The notes beneath the pieces are model-generated. The model did not search any database and had not been told where the DNA came from. It saw only the letters and a list, made by a program, of their open reading frames with translations. 64,000 nucleotides of DNA from the NCBI GenBank assembly GCA_012026655.1, contig JAAILG010001338.1:1-64000 (forward strand), read 5' to 3'. Positions 1 through 14,233 of the stretch are shown here, piece after piece (the stretch's first letter is position 1; each line of letters begins with the position of its first letter). The position numbers and the translations under genes were made by a program. Source of the DNA: Hydrolagus affinis (lineage: Eukaryota).

Positions 1-3000
1 TATGTAATATTCTATACTCTACTTGCTTGCCTCCTGGACCATGGTGGGTTTAGCATGTTCCTCCCATGGAGTAAGTTGACATGTTTGCTAGCGATGGATC
101 CATTCCTTTAAGCTGTTGGTGAAGAAAGGTGCAACAAACATAGGCCAGCATATTTGACAGCTTCATGGACAGACAAAGCCAAGGCTGTACAAATTGTTCC
201 AGAATGGGGTGAAAACATTTTATAGGGTGAAAAACAACACAATGAGCCAAGAGTGAATGTTGTGAAGAAACGTCAACTTCTAAAGGTTGCTCAGGGCAGG
301 ACATGGATTTGATGTCTAAGGTTGAAGAAAAATGTGTGTTTCTTATTTTGAGGTTCAGAGAGGGAATGTGTCAAAGAGTTCTTTTCAAGCAACATTCCTT
401 GAACAAATGTTGACCTAAATGTTTTCTAAAACAATAGCCAAGACCTCAATCGCCTTTTTGTTTTGTAAAGCTTTCCAGTTTTTTTTCAATGCACTAATGG
501 TTTAAATTACCTCTCAACGCCCCCCTGACCCCCCCCCCCACACACACACACACACACATACACACACTCACAAAATACCCTGACTTGTAGCCATGAGGTT
601 TTTATACTTCTGGGAATACAGTGAGTATCAGATTGAATTAACGTTTGTTAATGTTGGTACAGAGCAAAAGGCAACCTCAGCAGTACCAATATCCACTGAT
701 CACTCAGCTGAAGTAATAAATTGCGATGGGGTCCATCAATGGACCGACCTATCACATTTGACCCTGCAACATTTCAAAGGGTCAGTTCATTTTTTCCTTC
801 CATGTTTTGAACCTGTTGCAATTGATGCAGTAATTCCGCAGGTGGGTGCTTTTTAACACATCATCTGCTTCAGATTGCATTAAATTCTCTTGCTGCTGAC
901 TGCAGTATTTATGGATAACGAGAGGATTCCCCAACCTGGTATTGGTTCCAGTCACAAATGTACAGGTCTTTATAATAATGTTTTTCTCCCAACTTCATGG
1001 ATAGGTTCTGCCTTGATTCCCCCCATTGACAAGCATTTGGCAATATGATCCTTCGCCTGCGTGTTTTACTAGGGCTTTGTTTCAGAACATGCTTGAGGGG
1101 CCAAGGACAAGAGAGCTCTGTGTGTCTTCCCAATCTTATGCTGGCAATTTGTCTTGTTTTTATTCTCTCGTCTTTGTCGCATACTATTGCAGCACATTGT
1201 CAATCTCCGCCGCATGATAACTGGTCCTTTCGCTTGCGTTGCTTTAGTAAAATTACTACCACAATTGCAGTGTATATCCACAGATTACATTGGTCATTCT
1301 GTCAAGCCGTTAGTCGATCAAAGATGCATCAGATGATAAACGGACTGCTGTGAACAGCAGTTACATGTTATATAATGGGCTGATGATAACACTATGCATT
1401 GCTTACATAGTTCTTACTCTCTAATTGGAACTGGCCATTTACTAAAGTGATTCTGAGGTACTCTGTTTAAATTCGCACATAAGCACATAGCGTAGTGATC
1501 CAGCTGCAGCCCACGCAAACCTGTTGAGCGGCTTTCTGTGTTGGTTTACCCTCTTTGGAAGAAGGATCTGAAACACATTACCCATTGCAGATTTAAGATT
1601 CATGAGTACAGCTGTATATAACTCACAGCAACTGCAATATTTCCTAACAGGATTGCTTAGTAATGAAGGCACTCGGAAGCATGTCACTTCTTCATCTCAC
1701 AGGAACTCCAGTGCGATCTGCCTTTAGAACAGAGCTGCTTTGAATGGGTGAGATGTACTTCTGCTCTTCCAAAGCAATACCTACTTGGGCTTCTTCTTGA
1801 GGAATCTCACTGTGGAATGGACCCCGATGTCGATTTCTAAGGGGATGAACCGAAATGTTTTATTGGCTATTTCAGTCCATTCCTAAAGGCCAATTTCTAC
1901 GCCTTTCCCACTTGGTTGGAGTGCATGCCTTTGCAGTGGGGTGATCTCGACGACATATTTCGAGGTATTGACGCAGTTCTTGCGCGGAAAAACTTCCAAG
2001 TTGATGGTAATCGCTTTTGCCATTTTATTGTGTCTTTCTTGTCCATTCACGCACAACCCTGCCATTTACGGAGCCTACTTGAACTAACAAGTCGTAGATC
2101 TAACCTACATTCACAGAATAATTGCAGTGCTTTTCCAAAATGTCCAGCAATTTATATTTCTCCCCCCACCCCACAAAGTAAACTTTAACAGTTTCTGGCT
2201 CATGAAAAGAGTACTTCATGTACAAAATCATAGGGTTATTTGCCCAAATTTTTTTAGAAGCAAAATATCCTGAATAGAGTGCATTTTAATGTTCCTTTCG
2301 ACATTACTGTACAAGCATCAGACTCAGTTGGCAGCAGAGGTTACTTGACTTGTGGTTTCATTGATTTTTGGTGGCTTCTATTTTTCTTGAGCAACAGCAG
2401 TGAGCTGGGTGATTTTTACATTGTGGAGTTTCGTGAGAATGCAGTAGGAAGAGCTCATTGGTATTCAGCCAGCGTCCCTGTCTGTGTAACTAGCTTGTAG
2501 CTATTGTACTCTGCCGAATCGTTTGTTGTGGATTAATTTTGTTGACTGTATTCAGTGGAGCAGGTTTGTGAAAAGATTGAACTTTGTCAGGCAGTTGCTT
2601 TGGCCATGTTACTCAAATAGGGCGATAAAAACTGAAATCTTCCACTTGGTATTCCAATGAAATTCTGCATTTCTCCTTGGAGCACATAAAAGGTGGGGGT
2701 GGGGTGGGTGGGTGGGTGGGGGGTTGAGGATTATTGAAGAAGTGTCTTTTAAACAGCGCTGGTATGATGCACAACCGGCCTCTGAATAAAAATGGTCCCA
2801 TTACCAGGATTATTCTCTAGGAATGAATAATGCTGCAATGTTCCTAGTCTGGCAATCGTTCATATAATGAAGTGCTTTACAAACTGGATTGCAAATAATG
2901 TTGTGTAGGTGTTCCACAGCATTCTGTGTGAACTGGAGAGAGGCTGTTGTTGCTTCACCATGCGCCCCCCCACCCCCTCCCTCCTCCACCCCCCGCCCCC

Positions 3001-4434
3001 ATCCCATCCCAACATTATCTTGAATAACAGACCAGACATTGCATGCCTTCATTATGAATGGATAGCGACGTTAAAATAAATGGCACTCATTATCTTTTCC
3101 AGTAATTGGTATTTTGGGTGGTGGTGGGGGGGGATTTGTTCATTATAAGCTTGCTTGAAGTGGTTGCTGCATCCGTTTGGCAGATATTTTCAGTGGGAAG
3201 CACACAGTTTGTAAAAGCTGCAGAGGCAGCAAGATGATGCAACTGTACAGTATTACCATGTTCCCATCTGACTCCATAATATTTGTGATTGCAACAATTT
3301 TTAAAGGGAAGTTGAAACATTGTTTTACAGAAACACTGTTATTTTGAGTGGGGAGAAAATGTACAATTTTCTATTCTCCACAATATTCATTTTCCAAAAC
3401 AAAAACTCTGGAAATAAAACAATCCGACATTTGTATAAACTAACCCCCCCACCCCCTCCCCCCGCCCCCCGAACAAAAAATAATCCTACTGTAGCATGTT
3501 GGTTAGGCTGCGAAAAGATGAAATCGGCAAATGGAAAGAAGCGAATGGTTATTCCCCAGCTGCAGCAAAGCAGGATTACATCCAGGATTTAATGCACTTA
3601 CTTTCCTGGGAAAAAATTAACAGCGCGCCTAATAAAAATGCAAATCCTCACTCATACAACCTGGAACGGTTATGACCCCCATGTACAAAGTAAAGGGGCA
3701 TAGAATTAATGCAGAGACTTATCAAGTTGTTCTTATCAGCACATTGCTTTTAATTAGCTCACTTCAAGATGCCAGGAAATCCTAGATAGCCAATTGGGTG
3801 GGGACAGGACAGGCGGGCGGGGGGGGGAGAGAGAACTAATGTCATGTGTTTCATGTAAACCTGCCATCCTTCTGCGATTTTACACACCAGTCATTAAAAA
3901 TACTTTTTTTTAAAAATGTGGTGTGTACACTGTAACTCCACAATGGCTAAAACCTGTTTAACTGAGGAGATCACAGGAATGCTAACTTGATCATTTTTTT
4001 TCACTAGCAGCAACATTCACATTTTATGAAAGCAACTTTGGAAACAAATGTATGCTTTTTTTCAGTACCAATATAGGTCATTGCAACGCTAAGCCGAATG
4101 CACAGCCTTATCGGAAGTGAGTTCCTTAGATCTATCCAAACTTGACCAATGACACTGTTCACACTGGTAATAAATCCCTACTATTTATTGTTGGGGAGAA
4201 TGAATTAAAAATATTCCCATCCTGACTACTTATCCCTTGGATGGGAGAATAGCAAGACATGTGCTCTTTCTTCCTTTTGTCTTTATGGATACGATTACGT
4301 AAGCATACTGTACTTCCATGCCTAGAGATGCATTTTTTCCAATGTGTAAGTGACCAGATCATTTGAGCAATTCAGGTTCAGGCAGGATTGTGCTTGTACA
4401 ATTTATAAACTAGAGTTACAACCATGATGTCTAC

Positions 4435-4778
4435 CTGTATCCCTCCTACCTCTCTGACCTTCTAACCCTCTATCAAACTGTCCTCTCCCTCCGTTCAACA
4501 GGTTCCAGTCTGCTCCATGTCTCCCGCCTGACCCACCCTACCATCTACAGCCGGGCTTTCAGCCTCTCTGCCCCCAGCCTTTAGAACTCCACCCCACAAT
4601 CCCTTCGCCTTGCTCCCTCCCTTGCCTGAAGACCCTCTCTTTTGACCATTCCTTCAGCTGCCTTACTACCTGTCAGCCCTCCCTCATCCCAACCTGCCCT
4701 CCTGACTCCTAACTGTTCAGCGTCTTGTGACATCCTCCCAACCTGAAAGGTGCTCTACAAATGTAATTTTGTTGTTGT
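4435..4778 (+). mobile_element. L2 LINE 3' end
   Basis: ccctcctacctctctgaccttct..gggctttcagcctctctgcccccagcctttagaactcc (degenerate RAFS..AP.LWN.LP), a pyrimidine-rich 3' UTR, and tail tgaaaggtgctctacaaatgtaattttgttgttgt. Confidence 0.8.
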
Positions 4779-5654
4779 ACAGGAGAACCAACTGGTTAGA
4801 TAATTGTGGCAGAATACTGAATACCATAACTAATCAAAATTGTTAGTTTAACAGTAACACATATTACTCCCAGATGGTTATGTGAAAATAGACTTCCTTT
4901 ATGTAAGGTGTTCACAAGTGATTAGGTAATCTCAGATAAAGAAGGCTTTAGGATTTCTTCCGTCCAAAATACCAACTGGCTTGTTTTATTATTGATTACC
5001 TAGAACCTGCCCCCTCTTTTGCCTTTGTGAATCTAAAAGTATTGTTTGAGCTTTACACTCTCTATCCCATTAAGCATGTTATATGCCTATTATAAGTTCC
5101 CCTCTGAGACATGCGCTCAACCAAGTTCCCACCTTATGGGCTCAACTAAGATTTGGGTACTTAAAAATTTTTCTTTACTCCCTTTATATCTTTCTGAGGT
5201 GTAATCACCCAAACCTTTGGTGGTCTCAAAGGTTTCACCCCTTTGGATCTTGTCTCCCCCCTCTCTAATCTACTTGAGTTTAGTTCAATCTACCTTACTC
5301 TCCAATGCTCCTACTTAAAGTCCACTTCAAACAATTCAGTTGATGGAACTTAGCCTTGTTCAGTTTCTTTTCACAATGGCTCTAGGTTATCCCTATCTGT
5401 ATGTCCAGAATATGTATTAATATATTATCCCAAACTAGGTATTAATATATTGTTTAAAAGAGCCAGCATTGACTATGAGCTGAATGACCTCGTTCTGCCC
5501 TTTGCATTTTTACGCTTCTAGACCCTTATGAAGTTGAAACATCTCAAAGTGTTTCACAGAGTTATTTTTCAAAAATTGAAGTAGGGCACTTATGTCCAGC
5601 AAATAGCTAGGAGCTGAATGAACAATTTAACTGGAAGATTGTTTATCAAGACAC

Positions 5655-5915
5655 GGTTTGTTGGCCAAGATTCTTTTCAAAACAGTGCCATCGGAATTTT
5701 TACATCTACCACAACAGGCAGGGAGAACTCACTCCACCCCCAAGTCCCCACTCCGTTCAATGCCTTATCCAAAGAATAGCACCTCTGAAAACTTAGTACT
5801 CCCCCAACACTGCATTGGAGTATCTGCCGTGGATAGCATGATCTCGAAATCCCTGGCATGGGTCTTGAACTCACAACTTAGGGACCCCATACTAGAGTGC
5901 TGTCAATTTAACCAC
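5655..5915 (-). mobile_element. Degenerate SacSINE1-like SINE
   Basis: cagtgccatcggaatttttacatctacc...tccaaagaatagcacctctga...cactgcattggagt...cttgaactcacaac. Confidence 0.6.
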
Positions 5916-6934
5916 ACTCGCAAACAGCCTTTTCTGTAGAAATTCTGTGTAAAAAAAATCAACTATTGTGTACAAAATGTGCTGCAAAATTCTTGTGATG
6001 GGTATGTTTCCAGGGCCGAGCAGAATATAACTTCACCTTACACTAATGGTTCCTTTTAGTTTTATCAAGCATTCTCTACAACCCATTTGCTGCAATTGCT
6101 ATTTTTCTCTCCCCACCTCCTCACCCCAAGGTTATTTCTGCAATCTGAGGCTGAATGAACTCACATTCTAGCACTTTTCTCGGCCCGCCAAATTGAAGAC
6201 CAGAAATTATGCCTAATGGCTTTCATCAAAGAGCAAATTCTCCACCTTTCCTGCCTGAGATGAACCTTTTGCTAAGAGCTCAGTGAGACACACAGAGAAA
6301 AAATACTTTAACCTTCGGACAAAGGGAAATGTTACATCTTACACGCCACTCAATATTGCTGCCATAATATCTTGCCAAATTACACTGGATGCCATGATTT
6401 TTCGTCAGCAAATTATCAACTGAAGGCTTCAACCAGAGACTAACATCAATCAGCCAAATGAAGCCGGGTTAAACTATTGTTCCAAAATTCAACATGTATT
6501 TTCTACAAAGTGGCTTGGGGGTAAGATCTGTATGGAACAAGCCACATTAAGCACTTGGAGCTTGTGCTCTCAGTACTGACCGGCCATACAACAACAACAA
6601 CCTGCCTTTAAATAGCATCCTTCACACCAGGTAGTGTCGTGGGTGGGGGTGCCTCTTAACAGTGGCAAATGCTGATGCTGAGCTAGGGGGAGAGGGAGTG
6701 GGGAGTGTTGGAGTGCATTTTCAGGGAGTGCGTTATTGGGAGCTTTGCTGTCAATTCGACTAATTTTAATATAGATTTAATTCTTCGGCCTCACTATCTT
6801 TTTAAGGGAGGAAGAAGAACATTGGGCTCATTAGCTGCACCTAACTGTCAGAAGAAAAATACCTCAGATCCAGCACGGAAAATGGTGTGTTTTCCTGAGG
6901 AAACATTGAAACCCTTCGTTGGTTTTCCTGCATT

Positions 6935-7219
6935 ATAACAATAATAATCCTTGCATTTGATGTAACGCTTTTCATGACTTCTAGACGTCTCAAAGCGTTT
7001 CACAGAATGTACTGTAAAGTGAATTGACTGTATATTTTTGGGGGCGAACGTGGCAGCCATTTTGCACAGCAGTGTCCCACAAACAGTCATGGATTTAATT
7101 GACCAATTTTGTGTTGAGGGATTATTCTCAGGCATGTGGAGTAAGGAAACTTGCCCAAGGTTTCGCCCTGCCTGGAATCGAACCCAGGTTTCTCGCATGT
7201 AACCACTGAGCTACAGGAC
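6935..7219 (-). mobile_element. Same tRNA/Deu SINE family, near full length
   Basis: The reverse complement runs from gtcctgtagctcagtggtt through gggcaagtttccttactccaca, the Deu block and atcaaatgcaaggattattatt. It is colinear with 36312-36625. Confidence 0.9.
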
Positions 7220-8338
7220 TACAGTGTTTCAGAAAGACAATTTTTTGAGTTTTGTTTTTGAGCTCAGAAATTGGCAGGAATATACACCACGTTAAGTATA
7301 GTCATCGCTGGACTGCATGAACAGCGTAAAAAGCCACGGAAATGCAAAATGTAGGTTATTAAGATATCATCGTGACTGATGCAAGCATTTTTGAAGCCCT
7401 GTGATGGTTGCAGGACAATGATTTGACAGTGCAGATAACTGGAAAGTCTTCGTCGTAACACTATGCCAGTAATTGAATGCTGGGTGAGACTGTCAACACA
7501 ATGAATTCATGAATATTAAGTAACTGTAACCAGCAAGGCAAAGGTTTCGAATATGAGAATATGGCAGAAATGGAAAGAAATAACATGTGGCAGAAAGGAA
7601 ATTACTTCAAAATGTTCGGTGTTTCTCACTTGGAAAATAAAGCAAGTTGTCAAAGTGTATTAAGTTGTCACAAATAACACATTGAGTGACATTGAACTCT
7701 TAAGCCCTAATGAATGATAAGGTGTGCTATTAGTACAGACAAAATCTTATTTTCCCTCGCAGGCTTTGGAAAAACCAGCAAAGGGAGACAATGGCATAGT
7801 CCTCATAATTGCTTGTGCTGCCTTGAAAATGTTATTGAAAAGCTGGAGGGAAATGTATATACTCTAAAATATTTAACAACAGCTTTTATTTGGATAGTCA
7901 AATGCAAGGATTATTATTGTGGTTCCGATTTATGTAGGATTTAATTCAGTCGCGACAATTCATCCAGAAGGAGAATTTGATTGCATTCATAAGATCCAAG
8001 CTCTCAATCCACTAACCTGTGTTTGGCACTTTCTGGTACAGTATCTTGTAGGTCTACAAGAATGTCCCCAAGCCTCTCTGTCTAGTGGATTCATGGTAAT
8101 ATTCTATTGATTTTATGGCTACTTAATCTACTGTTCTCCTGCGTATACCTCGTTACATAATTGTGGCTCCTCGTACTGTTTTAATGTTAAAATCTGAAGT
8201 GATGGGATACAGTTTTTGTCGAGGCTATAAAATGTACAGCCAGGAAACAGAGTGAGGAACCTTTTCGCATCACTAGTCCAGGAAAGGCGGTGGTGGGTGG
8301 GTGAGGGGGTGGGTGGTGGAGAGGACAGGTCATCTGGT

Positions 8339-8411
8339 GTCCTGTAGCTCAGTGGTTAGAGCACTCACCTTACAAGCGTGAGACCTGTGTTTCGATTATT
8401 ATAATTATTAT
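8339..8411 (+). mobile_element. Internally deleted SINE: tRNA head joined directly to a TTA-like tail
   Basis: gtcctgtagctcagtggttagagcactcaccttacaagcgtgagacctgtgtttcg followed at once by attattataattatta. Confidence 0.75.
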
Positions 8412-11400
8412 CTGTATGAATTTAACTGGTTGATAATGAAAAGAGAATAAATGTATTGCTTATATCGAACTATTTTGTTCGAAGAGATCAAGAGGAACTC
8501 AATGAGTGATTGCCATGGAATGAATGCATGGAAATGAAGAGAGTGCGAAGGTGTGTCTATGGTTATGCGCCATGAGTTCAAAGACTCCACGTGGAGCGAG
8601 AACCCATAACCCTATTACCATCCAGCTTGACATGTTAACTAAATATTGTGCTAGAGAAGAACAAGCTTCAAATTTACAATCTCCCTTTAACCAAGTTGAT
8701 GTTTGTTCTGCCGAGAGAATTGTTTTTGAGGTGGGATCCTGCGATTCACTGGTGCCTCAAGCATTTTGCAGAGAACCGTGAATAACTACCTACAGCTGCA
8801 TTCTGTTCATTTGATCCGATTACAGTATTGTTCCTCCTATCTTAATTTTAAACCCCCAAAATTGATTGCTATAAGCTATTTAATATCCACTCTACTCTAG
8901 GAATACCAAACCAGACTGCAACTAATTGGGAAGAACCATGGAGATATTGCATCAATACCCTCCCAAGATTGGTCACGAATGCATGGGAAAGTCATTATGT
9001 GATTGACTGCTGAGTGGGCGAGACACGTTGTACACAAGAGAGTAATGCAAGGCATAAATCTGACGTTAGAGCTGATAAATATTCCTGATGGCCTTTTCTT
9101 TTTTTCAAATACTGTATCCGCACTTCCTAACATATCACTTGAGTGCTGCTACCATTCTGTATTTTATTTGACGGTTCAAAACTCCATCGAACATATGGAA
9201 TTGATTAAACAACTAAAGTTGTTAATGTCAAAAATCTGCAAAGGATGACACCGTCCGTTATGTTTAAACACAGCAACAACAACTTGCATTTAGATAGCAT
9301 CCTTCATGCAGGGTAGCGTCCCGAAGAACTCGAATGCAACCGATGGAGAATCTGATTTGCGCACATATCGACAATTGCACAAAGCTTGGCTGCACCCACA
9401 AGCTCGGTTCAGCTGAGAAGTAGTGCAGATCTTCGGGAATTCATTTTACACCTGATCTGGCACTGAATTTTTAGATAATCAGTAAAGGGTTTCTCTGTAC
9501 AGAGAGGAAATCCGTTATTGTGAAGCGTTCTGAGACGCTGTCTGGTGCTATATGAGTCAAAGTTGTCGTTGTTGTACAGTACATGGATTTTACAGGCTCA
9601 TCTTTAAAATTCAAGTACTTTTTTTAAAACAAAAAGTAGGTAATTGCAATGTTGTGTTGTTTTTTTTCACTCTACTGTGATTGCTCTGTTTTGTTTCATA
9701 CCTTTTGACTTTTTCTACTTTGATTTACTCTTTCTTTATTTCCCGTCGACAAGGTTATGAGGATGGGAGCAACTTTATTTAAAAAATATATATACAGTAT
9801 ATATATATATATTTGATTGACTGTATCAGTCTGACAGAGAAACAAAAGCAAGACAACAGTTAGTGTGACATTCTTGCAGCAGCCTTGTCAATCATCGATA
9901 AGACTCGTAGCAGCAATTTGTGGAGTGAGGACCCCAAATGCAACTCTTTTAAGTTGTTGGCATCCAGGAAAAGATTGGATCCTAATATAACTTCACACTC
10001 TAATGCCTTTTCTATGCCACTGAAGCAATTAGGAGTGGAAAACAGGATTTTCTGTCCCTATCTACTGTTGCTCGGGGCTGGGGGGACCTCAATTAACTAG
10101 TTGCCAAATGACGGTTAATTTTTAGATTATTAATAAAAGGGCTCGGAGTGTTGACTGGGTCTTTTAGAAAATGAAAACCTTAAGGGTTTGCTCCATCAGG
10201 CCACCCAAGAACTTGCTTGAAAATTGTTTTTAAGTTTAAAAGTCCATTTGAAATCAGCCATAGTAAAACTGGATATGCAAGGCCAAAATCAGCAAAGATT
10301 CACTTCCAATACTGCCAAAACCTGACTGCCACTGTATTTTAGCTGTGATATGATGTGCTAACTCTGATCAAATCAATGGGAGTTTCGCATATAAAATGGC
10401 AAGGGTTATACTCAGCTGCTCAAAATGTCACAACGAATTTGCACTGGAGACATACACTGTCTTTTTTTTTCAGTTAAATTGCATGAACAGGTAAAAGAAA
10501 ATTATTGATAATAATAACCTGGAGTCCATAAAGCTCATCGTTCTACATAGTAGAAATCGTTTTCTCCAGACAGTCAATGAAGGCAAAGTATTAAAGGCAA
10601 TTGAAAACAGACTTTCAAGCTACATGAGTGTATTGCTGATGTAATTCTTCGACCGTGTGTCAACCATATTCTAGACCATATTGTTACAACTGTCATGAAC
10701 AGTAGTTGTTCATTCAATTTAATGACTTGCATTGTTATTTGAAATCCCAACATTGGAGTAACGGTGGATAAAGATTTTCCTTAAAGTGATGGGTTTCTTG
10801 ACATTATCTGACTTACGGTAGGAGTTGTAAACTAGGTCATGTCATTTCCACGTCTTCTTCTGAACTAACAATATCTCAACTGAAAGAATGTCTTTCCATT
10901 GACAGGCTGTCTGACATTCAGGGGTTTGGTTATATCTGAACAAGGGTAAATGCACTGAAGGTAATGCCAGAACAGGACTCGAACATAACACCTCATGATC
11001 TCGGGTATAGTTGTTCCAAGGTCCTTGGTACACAGAGCATGAGTGTTGCTTTTTTATAAGTGACGCTTCTCTCTTTTCTGGCAACATGCTCACGGAAGAA
11101 CTTAGGAAACTTTGAAGTCAGTACTGCGTGATTTCTTAATAGTGTTTCTTAATTAAGAAATACGGAATGCAGATTTGTTTGAAACCCTTCTAACCTTATG
11201 TAATTTCAGAACAGGGCATCCTTCAAAAATTTATAGAATTGTCCAATCCTACAGCACAGAAGGAAGCCATTTAGACCAATGTGCCTGTGCCGGCACGTTG
11301 AAAGAGCATCCAATTAGTCCCACTCCCCTGCTCTTTCCTCATATCCTTGAAATTTCTTATTAGATTGATCTGACATGTTTCAGTTTACAGGCAGATAGTT

Positions 11401-11716
11401 CTCCACTAAGATTACTTAATTAGGAAATATTGCAAAATTGGCTACGTGTATTTGTTTTAACCCAATGATTTTAGCGACATTGGAAATGCATTCCATCACA
11501 GGCACATTTAAGGTCATCATAATTAAAATTGCTTTCCCCGAAAGCGAGGTTAAAGAAAACCAAGCAACAAGGTGACTTTAATTCATGTAGGATAATATCT
11601 AGCTACATATTTCATGTTTAAATTTACAAAAGTACAAAAATCTTTGCGGCAAGAACCAGTTGGTCTGTTTCCATGCCATATCACGTGCCGTATCTATGTA
11701 ATTCTATCTTGTAGAA

Positions 11717-11765
11717 TTGCAGTTGGAATTAATGTGTTGTAGCTTGCAGTTGGAATTAATGTGTT
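11717..11765. repeat. Local tandem duplication, period 27
   Basis: ttgcagttggaattaatgtgtt occurs identically at 11717-11738 and 11744-11765. Confidence 0.9.
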
Positions 11766-14183
11766 ATTCACAGGAAAACTTGTGGCTCTGAGTCATGTCA
11801 CAACCTGGGGTTACCTGTGTTTAGTGTATAATATTTAGAATTGGAAAAGTCTCTTTCTTTCCACTCCACAATCCCACGCATCTAATAATAGTCTTATATT
11901 TTTCAGTCTTATAGTCAGGAAGGGCGAAATATCTGAAACTGTGCAAATGACTGTACAATTATCAAACATCCTGCAGTCATATTTTAAGCAGTCCAACACT
12001 GTGTGGCACAGCAAGAATTAGCAATGAAAAGCTTCAGCCAAATTTGAGCTAAATTAAAGTAGAAAAGTAGCACACATCAAGGTCACAGGAACAAACATAG
12101 GCAAATCCAGGCAGACATGTTATGAATTATTTACATCAGTTTGGGCAGTGCTGAAGCTGACCTCAAGTAGATAGTTGGGTCTTGTTTGTGTATGAAATGG
12201 ATCAACTTATTTTCAGTTCTGGCGCTTGCTCCTTAAAGTTGTGTGATATATTACTTGTTGGAGTTTGTGCGCATCAACAATTCTTATCAAAGACACATGT
12301 GCTCATTAATTTTCTATGTTACGGATGTTTTAATGTTTTGTTATAAAATGCATTCAGTTGTTTGGATCTCCTTTGCAAGGGTTAGTAAACATCAAGCCCC
12401 CGCTAGAGCCAGAACATGAATACAATATTCTACCCCTACCCCCCCCCGCCGCACCCCCCCCCCACCACCACCACCATCCCCACCGCCCCCTTTGCTCAAA
12501 TCCACTTGATGAGATTTAAATTAACTTTTAGAAAAGCAATGCTGGTATGAAATCCTGGGAGGAATAAAACACTCCTTGCAGCTTTAGCCGAAGAGTCGAG
12601 AAAGAAGTAAAGGAGAAATAGCTAATAGGTCACCGAGGATCGCAGACAGCAGAACTGAGACAATAAAGGATCAATGAGGGAGGGAGCAGCAGTCCTGCTT
12701 GTGAGCATTGATGAATTGCTTTGTCTTTTTGCTTTGCTAATATTGGAAAGTGATTTACCCGCATTTGGAAGTGTGACTTGCACAAAATGAGTTGCAACAC
12801 AATTCACATGAACCACTTTGCACTGGATTCCCAGCCAGTGTAACTTTCTGAATGACAGCTGCATTAAAGTGAACTTAATGCTGTCGACTTTCCAAAGTTC
12901 CTTCGACTGAAATTCCAGTTTGAATCTTTCATTTGTATCCTGGGCTCGCAGATTGGAGTGACGCCAAATTGTGGTGTTTTTGAGGTGTTTGGGCAGACCT
13001 GATGTAATCACACCATCATTACACGTGCCTGGAGCTATTACATTTGTTTTCAATTATATAAGTGTAGCAGCTCGTAAATGGGTTCATATCTAACATGATG
13101 TGGACGACGTCAGCTTTGAAAGCTAACATTTTACATATTTTGGGTGTTCTGGTAAGAATATTATTATTATTAGATAGAAAAACTAGGTCTGTTTTCGAGC
13201 CCTGGACTTGCAATAAAAAACATTCTATGGGTTCAGATACTTGTGGATCCCCTCGGCCCTTCGCCCCTTCTAGGTGTAATGAGTGAAAAAGAAGAACCTC
13301 CCCATGGAGTAAAGTTAAGCAGGGAGTCTGTCGGCTGAACTGGCTTTGAAGAGACAATAATGACAAAGCCAGGTAAGGTTAGCTTAATTCAACACCCTGC
13401 TGATTGTGACCAGCTAGTCCGCGGACATGTTTTCGGCCTTATGAACTGAAGCCCCAGCAGGCAAGGGATGTACAGTATTGCATTTAACTTTAATAACAAA
13501 GACTGGACATAACAACATATTTGCTTTCAGAGGTAAATGCATTTTATTGGAAAATCGGGTATTTGTTCTTTGAATTTGTAAAGACCACATATACTGAGAC
13601 AATTCATTAACTAGAGATTTAAGATTGGTTTAAGGTGAGAAGCAATTATAGATTTTTATTGGTTTCAAACTATTTTACTCTGTACGTCATGAGAATTCTG
13701 AACAAGTCCCAGACAAGCTAATGCTGTTTATCAAGCATTTTGACAAAGTGTTGGAGTGTTACATTAAAAGTGACAAAGCGATTGAGTGCATGATTTTAGA
13801 TAATTGGGAATGAGAATTTTGTTCCTGCTGCTCTTTGCACTTATAGTCAAGCAAAATAATGAAGAGATGAATGGCAGACTTTATTTTTTGCTGCTTTGAA
13901 TTGAACAAATGATACTTTTGTGAAGGACGTGGGCAGTTTGCCTAATGGCTGATTTGCTATTTCAATCTCAGTGGCAGGACTGTTAGGTGAACATTAAAAC
14001 ATGATCGTGATACAATTTGGATGGGTTGTGCTCATAGAAGTGGAGGTTGGTGGCTGCATTGCACATGATTGCTGTCGTCTCTGATGATGACTCCAGCAAG
14101 GATGTAAGCCAGGTTGATTTCAGCAGATGTGTTGTGACGTAGTGCTGGGACTTCACATTCACTTCACATGTTGGTGCTGGGAT

Positions 14184-14233
14184 GGACTAGATTGTTGACT
14201 ACCTTCTTGGACTAGAGTGTTGACTACATTGTT
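14184..14233. repeat. 25-bp tandem duplication
   Basis: ggactagattgttgactaccttctt followed by ggactagagtgttgactacattgtt. Confidence 0.85.

Noticed and set aside
11717-11765. CRISPR-like direct repeats
   Set aside because: Only two copies with a 5-nt spacer, in vertebrate DNA; this is a local duplication. No CRISPR array, operon or other prokaryotic system is seen in the window.
12622-13053. 143-aa minus-strand ORF
   Set aside because: No protein motif or convincing splice context; consistent with chance in unique non-coding DNA.
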